From NCBI RefSeq assembly GCF_001194135.2, contig NC_069004.1, forward strand, positions 11,610,322-11,671,712: DNA of 61,391 nucleotides, written 5' to 3'. The stretch is from Octopus bimaculoides. Lineage: Eukaryota. Each line of letters begins with the position of its first letter. The stretch's first letter is position 1. A model generated the notes under the pieces. That model was given only the letters and a program-made list of their open reading frames with translations. It made no database searches and had not been told where the DNA came from. This document shows, piece by piece, positions 24,421-36,697 of this stretch. The position numbers and the translations under genes are program-made.

Positions 24421-24537
24421 CGTGATTCATTCAAAACAATGTAAACAAATAAGCAGAACATTTGACAAAGAAATCTGAATGTTACATCAGTTAATTAAAA
24501 AAAAAAATAAAGCAAAAAATATAAAAATCCAACTTAC

Positions 24538-24633
24538 AAATACAAATTAAAATAACGATGATGATGATGATGAAGAGAGTAATTGGGATTAGAGCATATT
24601 GATACATATTGCTACTGGTTGCTCGGTCAATTT
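24538..24633 (-). CDS. ROS1: ROS1-like exon 22: transmembrane helix
   Basis: ttgtttcag|AA...ATTT|gtaagt; phase 1->1; IDRATSSNMYQYALIPITLFIIIIIVILICI, followed in the next exon by a basic stop-transfer sequence (KKK). Confidence 0.88.
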
Positions 24634-25533
24634 CTGAAACAATACAAAGAAAATAATAAGCGGTAATTAACTTTGTCATAAAGCATTACTTTAATGAGAT
24701 AAATTTTTTTTTGTTTTGTTTTGTTTTTAATCAGCAAATCTAGATAGAAATTTCAAGGACCTACCCCATTTTATCTATTTCAAAAGAGGACACACAGACA
24801 GACACTGTCATAGAACGAAGTTGGATCTCAGAGAAGCTGATATCGATGGTATATCTTTTGTTGTGTTCCTCAGCATGGAGGAGCAAGAACAGGAGATCAT
24901 TAATGAAATATATTCAGAATTTAGAACAGAGTAACACATAACAGAGATGATAATATATGAAGAAGGGAGTGGGTGAATTGAAAGCCCAGTTTTTCTTTTT
25001 CAATTGCCAAATTCTAGAATAATAAATGCAAAATTCGAGTAATTACTGACAGAATATATACTTATTTAAAGCAACCATTTCCATTTAGGAGTGATTTTTA
25101 TTCGATGCTTTTAAAGAATCTGCTATTATTTCCAAATCCCTGTTGATCCACTCCAAGATTACAATGGTCTGTGTTTATCTCTTTTCAAAGAAGTTTTCAG
25201 TTGCGAACGAGCTCAGCTTGTGATATAACACTTTTACAAGTCAAATATTCACTATCATTGCCTATCATGCATTTGCTTAACGTCCATCCATCCGGGACCT
25301 CTAGATCTCAGTCTACATTTGTTCTAAAGGTTTGTACTAAACCTTTATGGAATCAGGATGATCCCAGGATTGAAAATCTGGCATTCATGTGGTTCTTGAA
25401 CATCCAGCATTGGAATTAGGTCTGGATGATGATATGTTAAATGCTAACAGTTGAAAATTCAAATTTTAAAAGAACTCCCAAAATTTGTGAACGTACATGT
25501 TTTTCATTTAAACTGAATTTAATGTAACACCGT

Positions 25534-25808
25534 GGAGGCGCAATGGCCCAGTGGTTAGGGCGGCGGACTCGCGGTCATAGGATCGCGGTTTCGATTCCCA
25601 GACTGGGCGTTGTGAGTGTTTATTTGGAGGGAGGGCACTAGTTGATTACATCGACTCCAGTACTCAACAGGTACTTATTTTATTGACCTTAAAAGGATGA
25701 AAGGCACAGTCAACCTCGGTGGAATTTGAACTTAGAACATAAAGACAGATGAAAGGCCACTAAGCATCTTCCCTGTCGTGCTAACAATTCTGCCAGCTTG
25801 TAGCCTTA
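25534..25808. mobile_element. 3'-truncated family A SINE head (+) abutting a family B copy (-)
   Basis: ggaggcgcaatggcccagtgg...gtgagtgtttat at 25534-25623, then family B reverse complement. Confidence 0.75.
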
Positions 25809-26273
25809 ATTATAATATTAATAATGATGATAATAAAAATAATAATAATAATGACGATGATGATAATGTAAATGAACCAACACCGGTGGTCAAGCGAGGG
25901 GGCCATACACACACACACACACACACACGCACGTATATATACTACAGGCTTCTATAAAGTTTCTCTCTAACAAATCTTCTCACAAGGCCTTAGTCGGTCC
26001 AGGGCTATAGTAGTAGAAACTTGTCCAAATTGCCGCGCAGTGAGACTTAACCCAAAATTAAGTGGTGGTAAAGAATACTTCTTAACCAGACAGTTATGCC
26101 TGCGTTTTAAAATAATTCTTTTAAAGTAACAAAGGTTTACCATTGTTTCTGACGTCACTTTCCGTCTCTCCTTTGGTTGAAAAAAAGATCGAGTAAAACG
26201 ACTGGCATTAACAAATGTTGAAGAGGAGCGAGGGAGGTAACTCTTGGTTACTTGAGATCATAAATATACTTAC

Positions 26274-26437
26274 GGTGAAGGAATGGTCGGCTGTTTTTAC
26301 TGAAATTGCTCCAGCCTCGAGAATTTCTCGCTCTCACTCGAAAGACGTAGTTTTTACCATCCTGTAGGTGTTCCTCTATGATCCAATGTGGAGCGGTATC
26401 ATTGTAGATAGTTGTCCAATTCCCACTGTCGGCTGGT
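26274..26437 (-). CDS. ROS1: ROS1-like exon 21: last FN3, second half
   Basis: gctttcag|A...CACC|gtaagt; phase 2->1; GNWTTIYND...GKNYVFRVRARNSRGWSNFS. Confidence 0.93.
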
Positions 26438-27304
26438 CTGAAAGCACAACACAAAATCATAATTATCGCTTTCTGCTATAGGCAAAAATTCCTGAAATTT
26501 TAGGGAAGGGGTTGGTTGTTTACATCGAATCCAGTGTTTGGCTGGCCTTTATTTTATCGACCCCCAAAAGGTTGAAAGGCAAAGCTAACCTCGGTGGAAT
26601 TTGAACTCAGAATGTAAAGACGGACGAAATGCCGCTAAGCATTTCGTCCGGCGTGCAAAGGTTCTGACAGTAATCAAATTGTACTAGAATGTGAATTGGG
26701 GTTAAATGAGGAAAAGTTGGGGGGACAACTAAAGAATTGATTTTTCTTGAGACCTATCAAAAGGGGTTATGTGTAAAAAAAGTGTTTTATTGTAATACAG
26801 CTCCTATTTTTTTGTGTCAACAACTTGAAATGAAAAATCTAAACTATAAACAATCACATATTGATTTTAGATTTTGGCACAAGGCCAGAAATTTCAGAGG
26901 TGGGGAGATATTTGATAACATCAAACTTACCCACTACTCAAATGGTACATACTTTGTTAACTCTGAAAGGATGAAAAGCATAAGCCAAAAGAATGTACTC
27001 TGAATACTAATTGGTTCCACTGGACCAGAATCTTAAATTTGGAACCAAAATCCAAATGGCAATGCATATTGTTTGACTAAATCTGAATTAGGCACAGTAG
27101 TTATTCTACTGAAATTCTTTGCCAGAAACTTCAAATCGCAAGCCTAATTGAAGCTATTCAACTGGAATTATGACACTAAACCTCTATGTGGAGGGCATGG
27201 TTAGACCACAAAGGCAGGCTGGTTAACTGGAGATTATCAGCAGCCATAGGAGGGAGGATTTCTTTAATCTTCTAATTATTACATAATGTAAAAAAAGTTC
27301 TCAC

Positions 27305-27425
27305 TTGTATTGCAGTTCAAAGAGATTTGGTGGCACTTTCTCTTCTGGATGTTTCCATGTAACTTCTTCGTAGCCAGAGTTTAGTTTGTGTACATAAGGT
27401 ATTGATGGAGGAGAAGGGAATTCAA
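27305..27425 (-). CDS. ROS1: ROS1-like exon 20: last FN3, first half
   Basis: ccattccag|TT...CAA|gtgaga; phase 1->2; VEFPSPPSIPYVHKLNSGYEEVTWKHPEEKVPPNLFELQY. Confidence 0.9.
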
Positions 27426-27800
27426 CTGGAATGGTAAGAAAGAGAAAAAAGAAAAAAAAAAAAGAAAGATGATTTATTGCTTGAGAAATTTTGATATTTT
27501 ATTTAAAGAAAACATGACAAAAAAAAGAAATGTTTCTAAAAGCAATATTTATTGATGCACTCCTTAAAATCTAATACAGACAGATAACAGGGAGACGCCA
27601 TAGTAGGATGGTGAGAGGTGGTGCTATGCTAAGAGAAGCAAAGCTGAGCTAGGAGGAAGAAATAAGCAGGTAGGAGGAGGTGATACTTGGGGGTGGGGGT
27701 TATACATGATTGGTAAAATAGTCCTGCAGAATCTCACACTCACTAACATCTTCACTAGTAAAAGGACCGAGAAAATAGGTGACCAAAGAGTTTCACTTAC

Positions 27801-28008
27801 CAAGTGTTCTGACTGAATAAAGAACGCTGCTATTAACGTGAGGCCAATGTTTTCTAAGTTGAATGTGATTATGGTATACAATTCGGACAGCAAATTCATA
27901 TAAACTATTTGGTTCAAGGTTGTCAAAGAACATGTTGAAAGTTTTGTTTAGTACTGGCTGTACAATAAATTGTGCTCTTTTCGAATACCATGTACGCATT
28001 GTGGAGTT
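27801..28008 (-). CDS. ROS1: ROS1-like exon 19: FN3
   Basis: cattcacag|AAC...CTTG|gtaagt; phase 0->1; ...FDNLEPNSLYEFAVRIVY...SVRTL. Confidence 0.92.
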
Positions 28009-28400
28009 CTGTGAATGGAGAGAAGACAAATCATTATTTGGTGATAAAAAAGAATTTCATTTTCTGAAATGAAAGCAATTAGAAAGAAAAAGTAAATGTT
28101 TCCCTTAAAGCTTACTCTTATTTTTTTCTCACACCCCGGCACCTCCACCACACATTATTGTTAGGCACATATCAGCTAAGATCTTGTGGACTTATAAGTA
28201 CAGCAAAGTGATTTCAGCCAAGACTGTCCCTTCTTTCAGACAGTGTACCACCCTACACACATAAGACCACATTATCGAATGTGTAGTCCCCTCTTATAAG
28301 ATGTTGGGAAGTAATTTGTGAGAGATTTTAGCTACTATTTTTAATAAATCAAGATACTTTCTTTCACGCACACACATCCAAATATTTCCAACTTCTGTTC

Positions 28401-29680
28401 AACAAGTATTATCCTAGATGTCCAATAAATATTATCCCAGATGTCCAATAAGTTTTATCCCAGATGTCCAATAAGTATTACCCCAGATTTCCAATAAGTA
28501 TTATCCCAGATGTCCAATAAGTATTACCCCAGATGTCCAATAAGTATTATCCCGGATGTCCAATAAGTATTATCCCGGATGTCCAATAAGTATTATCCCA
28601 GATGTCCAATAAGTATTACCCCACATGTCCAATAAGTATTATCCCAAATGTCCAATAAGTATTATCCCAGATGTCCAATAACTATTATCCCAGATGTCCA
28701 ATAAATATTATCTCAGTTGTCCAATAAGTATTATCCCAGATGTCCAATAAGTATTATCCCAGATGTCCAATAAGTATTACCCCAGATGTCCAATAAGTAT
28801 TATCCCAGATGTCCAATAAATATTATCTCAGTTGTCCAATAAGTATTATCCCAGATGTCCAATAAGTATTATCTCAGTTGTCCAATAAGTATTATCCCAG
28901 ATGTCCAATAAATATTATCTCAGTTGTCCAATAAGTATTATCCCAGATGTCCAATAAGTATTATCTCAGTTGTCCAATANNNNNNNNNNNNNNNNNNNNN
29001 NNNNNNNNNNNNNNNNNNNNNNNNNNNNNNNNNNNNNNNNNNNNNNNNNNNNNNNNNNNNNNNNNNNNNNNNNNNNNNNNNNNNNNNNNNNNNNNNNNNN
29101 NNNNNNNNNNNNNNNNNNNNNNNNNNNNNNNNNNNNNNNNNNNNNNNNNNNNNNNNNNNNNNNNNNNNNNNNNNNNNNNNNNNNNNNNNNNNNNNNNNNN
29201 NNNNNNNNNNNNNNNNNNNNNNNNNNNNNNNNNNNNNNNNNNNNNNNNNNNNNNNNNNNNNNNNNNNNNNNNNNNNNNNNNNNNNNNNNNNNNNNNNNNN
29301 NNNNNNNNNNNNNNNNNNNNNNNNNNNNNNNNNNNNNNNNNNNNNNNNNNNNNNNNNNNNNNNNNNNNNNNNNNNNNNNNNNNNNNNNNNNNNNNNNNNN
29401 NNNNNNNNNNNNNNNNNNNNNNNNNNNNNNNNNNNNNNNNNNNNNNNNNNNNNNNNNNNNNNNNNNNTCCAATAAGTATTATCCCAGATGTCCAATAAGT
29501 ATTATCCCAGATGTCCAATAAATATTATCCCAGATGTCCAATAAGTATTATCCCAGATGTCCAATAAATATTATTCCAGATGTCCAATAAGTATTACCCC
29601 AGATGTCCTATAAATATTGTCCCAGATGTCCAATAAGTATTACCCCAGATGTCCTATAAATATTGTCCCAGATGTCCAAT
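28401..29680. repeat. 23-bp minisatellite array spanning gap 28980-29467
   Basis: Unit tccaataagtattatcccagatg with variants, head-to-tail, no spacers. Confidence 0.97.
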
Positions 29681-29749
29681 CAATAAAATTATGTTCAATC
29701 AATTTGAAATCACTGTTATTCTTTTTAAGGGCCGTTTGTTTTAGATAAC

Positions 29750-30056
29750 AAGCTGGCAGAATCATTAGCATGCTGGGCAAAATTCTTAGCGGCATTTTGT
29801 CCGTCTTTATGTTCTGAGTTCAAATGCCACAAGCGGGCCAACTTTACCTTTCCTCTTTTGGGGTCGATAAAATAAGTACCAGTTGAGTACTGGGGTTAAT
29901 GTAATCGACTTGCCTCCTCCCCTCCCGAAATTGCGGGCATTGTGCCAAAATTTGAAACTAATATTACTGCTATATCTTCAGCATCTGAGTTCAAATTCTG
30001 CCATAGTTGACTTACCCACTCCCCCTAAAATTGCTGGCCTTGAGCCAAAATTGGAA
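29750..30056 (+). mobile_element. Family B SINE followed by a second partial copy
   Basis: gctggcagaatcattagca...tctgagttcaaat...ggggtcgataaaataagtacc; second partial tctgagttcaaattctgcc...cccctaaaattgctggcc. Confidence 0.75.
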
Positions 30057-30098
30057 ATCATTATTAAAAGGTTGTTAGCAATAGCAAACATCCATTAC

Positions 30099-30272
30099 CT
30101 TACTGATGATCACAAATGCATGAATTGGTGTATCAGCAGGTGTTGTCCAAGAAACATTTACAGACGTTGCTGTGACATTGTGAAACCTGATTGGTGACAA
30201 ATGCTTAGCAGTTTTGTTGGTTGCTTCCAGTGTATTGCTGCACCATTTTATTTCGCTTTCACAAGCTTTTGC
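30099..30272 (-). CDS. ROS1: ROS1-like exon 18: FN3/FN3 junction
   Basis: gtcaacgcag|GCA...AAG|gtaatg; phase 0->0; AKACESEIKWCSNT...NVTATSVNVSWTTP (cf. ROS1 VLACHSEEMWC, from recall). Confidence 0.85.
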
Positions 30273-31272
30273 CTGCGTTGACACGAGAGGTGAAATGTTA
30301 GATGTTAGAGGTCGAAAGATGTGAAACAAATGTTTATATGTTTAAAAAAAAGCACAGATATGAAGAAATCAGTTTTTAAAGACAAAAATATATCCATTAC
30401 TATCATTACAATATATAATTCATATATGTATATATATATATATATNNNNNNNNNNNNNNNNNNNNNNNNNNNNNNNNNNNNNNNNNNNNNNNNNNNNNNN
30501 NNNNNNNNNNNNNNNNNNNNNNNNNNNNNNNNNNNNNNNNNNNNNNNNNNNNNNNNNNNNNNNNNNNNNNNNNNNNNNNNNNNNNNNNNNNNNNNNNNNN
30601 NNNNNNNNNNNNNNNNNNNNNNNNNNNNNNNNNNNNNNNNNNNNNNNNNNNNNNNNNNNNNNNNNNNNNNNNNNNNNNNNNNNNNNNNNNNNNNNNNNNN
30701 NNNNNNNNNNNNNNNNNNNNNNNNNNNNNNNNNNNNNNNNNNNNNNNNNNNNNNNNNNNNNNNNNNNNNNNNNNNNNNNNNNNNNNNNNNNNNNNNNNNN
30801 NNNNNNNNNNNNNNNNNNNNNNNNNNNNNNNNNNNNNNNNNNNNNNNNNNNNNNNNNNNNNNNNNNNNNNNNNNNNNNNNNNNNNNNNNNNNNNNNNNNN
30901 NNNNNNNNNNNNNNNNNNNNNNNNNNNNNNNNNNNNNNNNNNNNNNNNNNNNNNNNNNNNNNNNNNNNNNNNNNNNNNNNNNNNNNNNNNNNNNNNNNNN
31001 NNNNNNNNNNNNNNNNNNNNNNNNNNNNNNNNNNNNNNNNNNNNNNNNNNNNNNNNNNNNNNNNNNNNNNNNNNNNNNNNNNNNNNNNNNNNNNNNNNNN
31101 NNNNNNNNNNNNNNNNNNNNNNNNNNNNNNNNNNNNNNNNNNNNNNNNNNNNNNNNNNNNNNNNNNNNNNNNNNNNNNNNNNNNNNNNNNNNNNNNNNNN
31201 NNNNNNNNNNNNNNNNNNNNNNNNNNNNNNNNNNNNNNNNNNNNNNNNNNNNNNNNNNNNNNNNNNNNNNNG

Positions 31273-31442
31273 AATCGATTACATCAAGCCCGGTGCTCAA
31301 CTGGTACTTATTTTTTATCGACACCCTAAAGGACAAAAGTCAAAGTTGCCCTTGGTGGAATTTGAACTCAGACTGTGAAGACATGAAATGCTGCTAAGCA
31401 TTTTGTCCAATATACTAACAATTCTGCCAGCTCTCCACCTTA
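31273..31442 (-). mobile_element. SINE family B
   Basis: Reverse-complement match to the family consensus seen elsewhere in the window. Confidence 0.75.
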
Positions 31443-31466
31443 ATAATAATAATAATAATAATAATG

Positions 31467-31783
31467 ATTTTATTTTATTTATGCACTCTTTTAAAGCCTA
31501 GCCAGGCTCATGGGCCCGGTTTCTTGGTTTCTATGGCATATGTGTTCCACCTAGCTGGACGGGATGCCAGTCCATCGCAGCATTACTCAAGAAACAAGAA
31601 GAAAGAGTGAGAGAAAGTTGGGGAGAAAGAGTACAAGAGGGGTTGCCACCACCCCCTGCTGGAGCCCCGTGAAGCTTTTAGGTGTTTTCGCTCAATAAAC
31701 ACACACAATGCCCGGTCTGGGAATCGAAACCACGATCCTCCGACCATGAGGTCGCTGCTCTAACACTGGGCCATTGTGCCTCC
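31467..31783 (-). mobile_element. SINE with family A tRNA-Arg head but a different 3' tail
   Basis: Head and body match 11590-11770; tail is gcgatggactggcatcccgtccagc...gcctggctaggctttaaaagagtgcataaa. Confidence 0.75.
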
Positions 31784-31837
31784 ACAATAATAATAATAAT
31801 AATAATAATGATAATAATAATAATAATCCTTTCTACT

Positions 31838-32042
31838 AAAGGTATGAGTCCTGAAATTTTGGGGGAGAGGACTAGTTGATTACATCAACCCCAGTGTTTC
31901 AATGGTACTTAATTTATTGACCCCAAAAGGATGAAAGGCAAAGTTGACCTTGGTGGAATTTGAACTCAGAATGTAAAGATAGATGAGATGCTGCTAAGCG
32001 TTTTTCACAGCAAGCTAACAATTCTGTCAGCTCACCACCTTA
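31838..32042 (-). mobile_element. SINE family B
   Basis: Reverse-complement match to other copies. Confidence 0.75.
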
Positions 32043-32273
32043 ATTCTGCTACTAAGAAGACCTGTCCTCTACAGTAGAAGCGTAAAGGCCACTCCCCCCA
32101 GTAACAAAAACAAGTAAAATAACAAAAGAATAAAAAAAATACACTGTTTATATGGTCCATAGAAGAAACTGTATAAACTAACTGAAATGATGGTACTCAG
32201 TATCAGGAAAATGCATGTAAAATTCTGTTCTTGAAAGCAAGTTTATGAAAGTTGAAAGTTTGGTACTTATATA

Positions 32274-32569
32274 CAGGGTGTCCACAAGGTCTGGGTACAT
32301 AGAGTAAATAAAATCATAACATAAACAATTAAATATAAGAAATAATAATTTCTTAAAGTATGTGTTAATCCCCATGTAGGTACATGGAGTAAATAAAATA
32401 ATAACGTAAACAATTAAATATTAGAAATAATAATTTCTTAAAGTATGTGTTAATCCCATGTGGGTACATGGAGTAAATAAAATCATAACATAAACAATTA
32501 AATATAAGAAATAATAATTTCTTAAAGTATGTGTTAATCCCCATGTACCCAGACTTTGTGGACACCCTG
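32274..32569. mobile_element. Tc1/mariner-type MITE with a triplicated internal unit of about 85 bp
   Basis: TIR cagggtgtccacaaggtctgggtacat / atgtacccagactttgtggacaccctg, TA TSD on both sides; units start at 32294, 32379 and 32463. Confidence 0.9.
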
Positions 32570-32603
32570 TAGAATTGGTAAAATAATCAAACAATGAACT
32601 TAC

Positions 32604-32745
32604 CCCCTGCCAGAGTTTGTTCAATCTGAGGCAAACTAAGAATGTCTGCACGATAATCTGTGTATATGTTACTAACAGCTACTTGAAATAAATATTTGGT
32701 GAAGGGTTTTAGAGGATAAATAACGGTTTTCTTCAGGAAGCTTAC
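32604..32745 (-). CDS. ROS1: ROS1-like exon 17: FN3
   Basis: aatttgcag|GTA...GGGG|gtaagt; phase 0->1; VSFLKKTVIYPLKPFTKYLFQVAVSNIYTD...QTLAG. Confidence 0.9.
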
Positions 32746-33029
32746 CTGCAAATTGAGAGAGAAATTATGCAAAGTTTCAGATTAAAGTGTACATCATTTA
32801 TTATAAAATAATGAGAATATTGCAATTAATTCAATAATTAGGTTGTTGTTATTGTTTGACCCCAGATCAGCACACACTGAAGGATCTTACCAGGCCTGTT
32901 GCTAGTCTTAGGTGCTTGGAGGTGCTTCAGAATATTCAAGGTGGGCACTATTTTGGATTGTGAGAAAATTTTTTGGGAACAGTATTTTCTAAATACTGAA
33001 TAGCAGTGCCATCCTGTGCACCCCTTTGT

Positions 33030-33332
33030 TGTTGTTGTTGTTGTTGTTGGCACTCCGTCACTTACGACGTCGAGGGTTCCAGTTGATCTGATCAACGGAA
33101 CGGCCTGCTCGTGAAATTAACGTGCAAGTGGCTGAGCACTCCACAGACACGTGTACCCTTAACGTAGTTCTCAGGGATATTCAGCGTGATACACAGTGTG
33201 AGAAGGCTGACCCTTTGAATTACAGGCACAACAGAAACAGAAAGTAAGAGTGAGAGAAAGTTGTGGTGGAAAATTGTCAAGAAGGACAAAATGTCGATTT
33301 GGCCCTGGCGGAATTTGAACTCAGAATGTAAC
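33030..33332 (-). mobile_element. Family A SINE 3' half (with (AAC)n tail) joined to a family B fragment
   Basis: Reverse complement of 11750-11975, followed by ggcggaatttgaactcagaa. Confidence 0.75.
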
Positions 33333-33390
33333 AACAACACTACCATATACTGAACAAAAGTGATACCAGAAGCAATAAAGTTTTACTTAC

Positions 33391-33605
33391 AACTGTATGG
33401 CAGGGAATGTTCTTTGCACATGATGTGTCGTCCATGCCTCGTTTCAGTTCGGTGTAATGAATAGTGTAGTTTGTGGTCGGATGTGAAACATCATTACAAT
33501 CTTGATGCCATTTAATGTCGGACAGACGTAAAGTGATGCTGGTATTGGTGCGTGAGACAACAGTGATGCTGTTGTCTTTCGGCAATGATATCAGGCATTT
33601 TTGGT
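33391..33605 (-). CDS. ROS1: ROS1-like exon 16: FN3
   Basis: aatttcag|AC...GTT|gtaagt; phase 1->0; QKCLISLPKDNSITVVSRTNTSITLRL...SHPTTNYTIHY. Confidence 0.9.
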
Positions 33606-34214
33606 CTGAAATTTAATAAAAGAATTCAACCAAAGATATCTTAGTGCTTGGTTTTGAATAAAATGCAAGACGATACTGCTCAGAAATTAATACATTTTAG
33701 CAAACATTTGCAGGGCAGAAGAGAGAAAGATTTTATAAGAAAGTCAAGTTGTACATAGTTCCATCAGAGAACTTCAGACAACAACAAAATGTTTCCCTCC
33801 CTCTGTTTCTTTCTTAGTGAAAAAGGAACTTTATGGGTACAGTGTGTACATGTATTGTGCATGCATGTGCATACATGTGCATGATTGTGCATGTGTGTGC
33901 TTGCATGTGTACATGTGTGTGTGTGTTGTAGTGAGATGTGGTTCTTGAATGGTTGGTTCGTTAGTGTCATTGTTGTAACGTCCACTTTTCCATGCTTGCA
34001 TGGGTCAGACATAATCCATTTTACGTCCAAATGCTCTTCCTGTCACCAACACTAAATTTACCATGAACCTAATATTTCCCCATGGCCAAACATATTTCCA
34101 TAGAAGATTGGAAACAAATGACGCCATTTGGATAACAGTGACACTCATATACACCTGCCACACAGTGTCCAGATAATGAGGTACACACACACACACACAC
34201 ACACTAAAAACTGG

Positions 34215-34530
34215 GACACTGTTGGCTATGATGACAAGGGTTCCAGCTGATCTGATCAACAGCCTGCTTGTAAAATTAATAATGTGAAAGTAGTTGAGTA
34301 CTCCACAGACACACATGCCCTTAATTTAGTTCTCAAGGAGATCGGCGTGACACAGTGTGTGACAAGGCTGACCCTTTGAAATACAGGTACTACTCATTTT
34401 CGCTAGTTGAGTGAACTAGAACAACATGAAATAAAGTGTCTTGCTCAAGGACAACAACACACCACCAGGAATTGAACTTTTGACCATAAGGTCGTGAGCC
34501 AAATACTCTAACCACTAAGCCATGTACCTT
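34215..34530 (-). mobile_element. SINE family F (tRNA head, CORE-like segment, family A tail)
   Basis: Reverse-complement homolog of 22765-23060. Confidence 0.75.
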
Positions 34531-34559
34531 CACAACACAGACAGACAGACAGACAGACA

Positions 34560-34593
<34 letters not shown>

Positions 34594-36407
34594 NNNNNNN
34601 NNNNNNNNNNNNNNNNNNNNNNNNNNNNNNNNNNNNNNNNNNNNNNNNNNNNNNNNNNNNNNNNNNNNNNNNNNNNNNNNNNNNNNNNNNNNNNNNNNNN
34701 NNNNNNNNNNNNNNNNNNNNNNNNNNNNNNNNNNNNNNNNNNNNNNNNNNNNNNNNNNNNNNNNNNNNNNNNNNNNNNNNNNNNNNNNNNNNNNNNNNNN
34801 NNNNNNNNNNNNNNNNNNNNNNNNNNNNNNNNNNNNNNNNNNNNNNNNNNNNNNNNNNNNNNNNNNNNNNNNNNNNNNNNNNNNNNNNNNNNNNNNNNNN
34901 NNNNNNNNNNNNNNNNNNNNNNNNNNNNNNNNNNNNNNNNNNNNNNNNNNNNNNNNNNNNNNNNNNNNNNNNNNNNNNNNNNNNNNNNNNNNNNNNNNNN
35001 NNNNNNNNNNNNNNNNNNNNNNNNNNNNNNNNNNNNNNNNNNNNNNNNNNNNNNNNNNNNNNNNNNNNNNNNNNNNNNNNNNNNNNNNNNNNNNNNNNNN
35101 NNNNNNNNNNNNNNNNNNNNNNNNNNNNNNNNNNNNNNNNNNNNNNNNNNNNNNNNNNNNNNNNNNNNNNNNNNNNNNNNNNNNNNNNNNNNNNNNNNNN
35201 NNNNNNNNNNNNNNNNNNNNNNNNNNNNNNNNNNNNNNNNNNNNNNNNNNNNNNNNNNNNNNNNNNNNNNNNNNNNNNNNNNNNNNNNNNNNNNNNNNNN
35301 NNNNNNNCAAGAAGATTTGTCCTCAACAGCAGAAGTGCTTATGCCGCATCCCCTGATGAAGAGTCCTGCACTGGTGACAACTCATACATAGACCCCAGTG
35401 TTCAGCTGGTACTTATTTTATTGACCCTGAAAGGAAGAAAAGCAAAATTGACCTCGGTGGATTTTGAACTCAGAACACAAAGACAGCATCCAGCTCTAGA
35501 AACCATGCCAAATCAGATTGGAACTTGGTGTAACTCTCCAGCTGGCCAGCCCTGGTCAAACAATCCAACCCATGCCAGCATGGAAAACAGGTGCTAAAGG
35601 ATGATGATGATGATGATGAGAGGACTACAAGATGGTAATGTACCAAGGCTACAAAGTGATTATATAGAGGGCTATTTGGCTGAATTGGCAGAACATTGGT
35701 CAGAATACATTACAGTACTTAGTTACAATCTTTATGTTCTGAGTTCAAACCAATGCACATCTATTTCACCTTTCATCCTTCTGTGATCAATGAAAGAACC
35801 AAAAAATTTTGTAGTCATTAAGAACTTTATAATTCTACTTTTTAATTTTTTTTATTAGAAATAAAGGTTCCTTGTCTGAGTCTAATAACGAACCATCCAA
35901 GAATAAGATATGTTTTGGCAATCAGGAAGACTGTATTGATATAAATATCCACAGCTAATGATGAAACGATTAAACAAACCACAAAATTATAATTCTAGAA
36001 AGAAATATTGGGATTATGTATTCATTGATTTCTTAAGGAGGAGATCAATGAAGAAAAATTAGACACCAATCACAATTTTCTCGTGGTCTTTGATTATTTT
36101 AACTATTTCAATCCATTATATCCTTCCAGTAGAAACATAGGTAATGTGTTGATATCTGAAATAAATATTAACACGTGTACAGATTGGTAGGGACTAAATA
36201 CACATCTGCATTTAGTTCACTTGGTTTCCAACAGAAATTTCAATCAGATTCGTTTTATAATTTCCTACCTCAGACAATGCTATTCCCAGAGAAAATAAAA
36301 GCCACAAAAAGACTCATTTCTGATTTTTATCAGTTCAACAAGCAAGAAAGAAGTTAACAAAAAAAAAATAACTGCAAATAATATCTAAAATCTTATCAAA
36401 TTCTTAC

Positions 36408-36697
36408 ATTCATTAGACGTTTGAGAAAACAGCTTCTGACACTGGCATCCATCGCTATCGGTTCGCCACAAACTTTTTTCCAGAAGATCAACAAAGTATA
36501 TATCATCGTTAGTGTAATCAACTCCGAGAGTGCTGTCAATTTTGACATTGGTTGGACACTGACAGTTCTTTTCGGGGCTTCTTTTACGAAGTCTTGAATG
36601 CTGAGCAGGCAATATTTCAATAACATCACTTCCATCAGTTCTACTTTTAAAGACTCTGGAATTCTTCATATCTTCAGTTTCAGTCCAGAAGAGGGTG
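36408..36697 (-). CDS. ROS1: ROS1-like exon 15: third propeller
   Basis: atttttgcag|C...GAAT|gtaaga; phase 2->1; TLFWTETEDMKNSRVFKSRTDG...LWRTDSDGCQCQKL (cf. ROS1 DLEGCQC, from recall). Confidence 0.9.

Noticed and set aside
35880-35990. SLAVD motif suggesting the missing propeller exon
   Set aside because: No YW motif, no suitable acceptor/donor pair, and composition typical of AT-rich noise.
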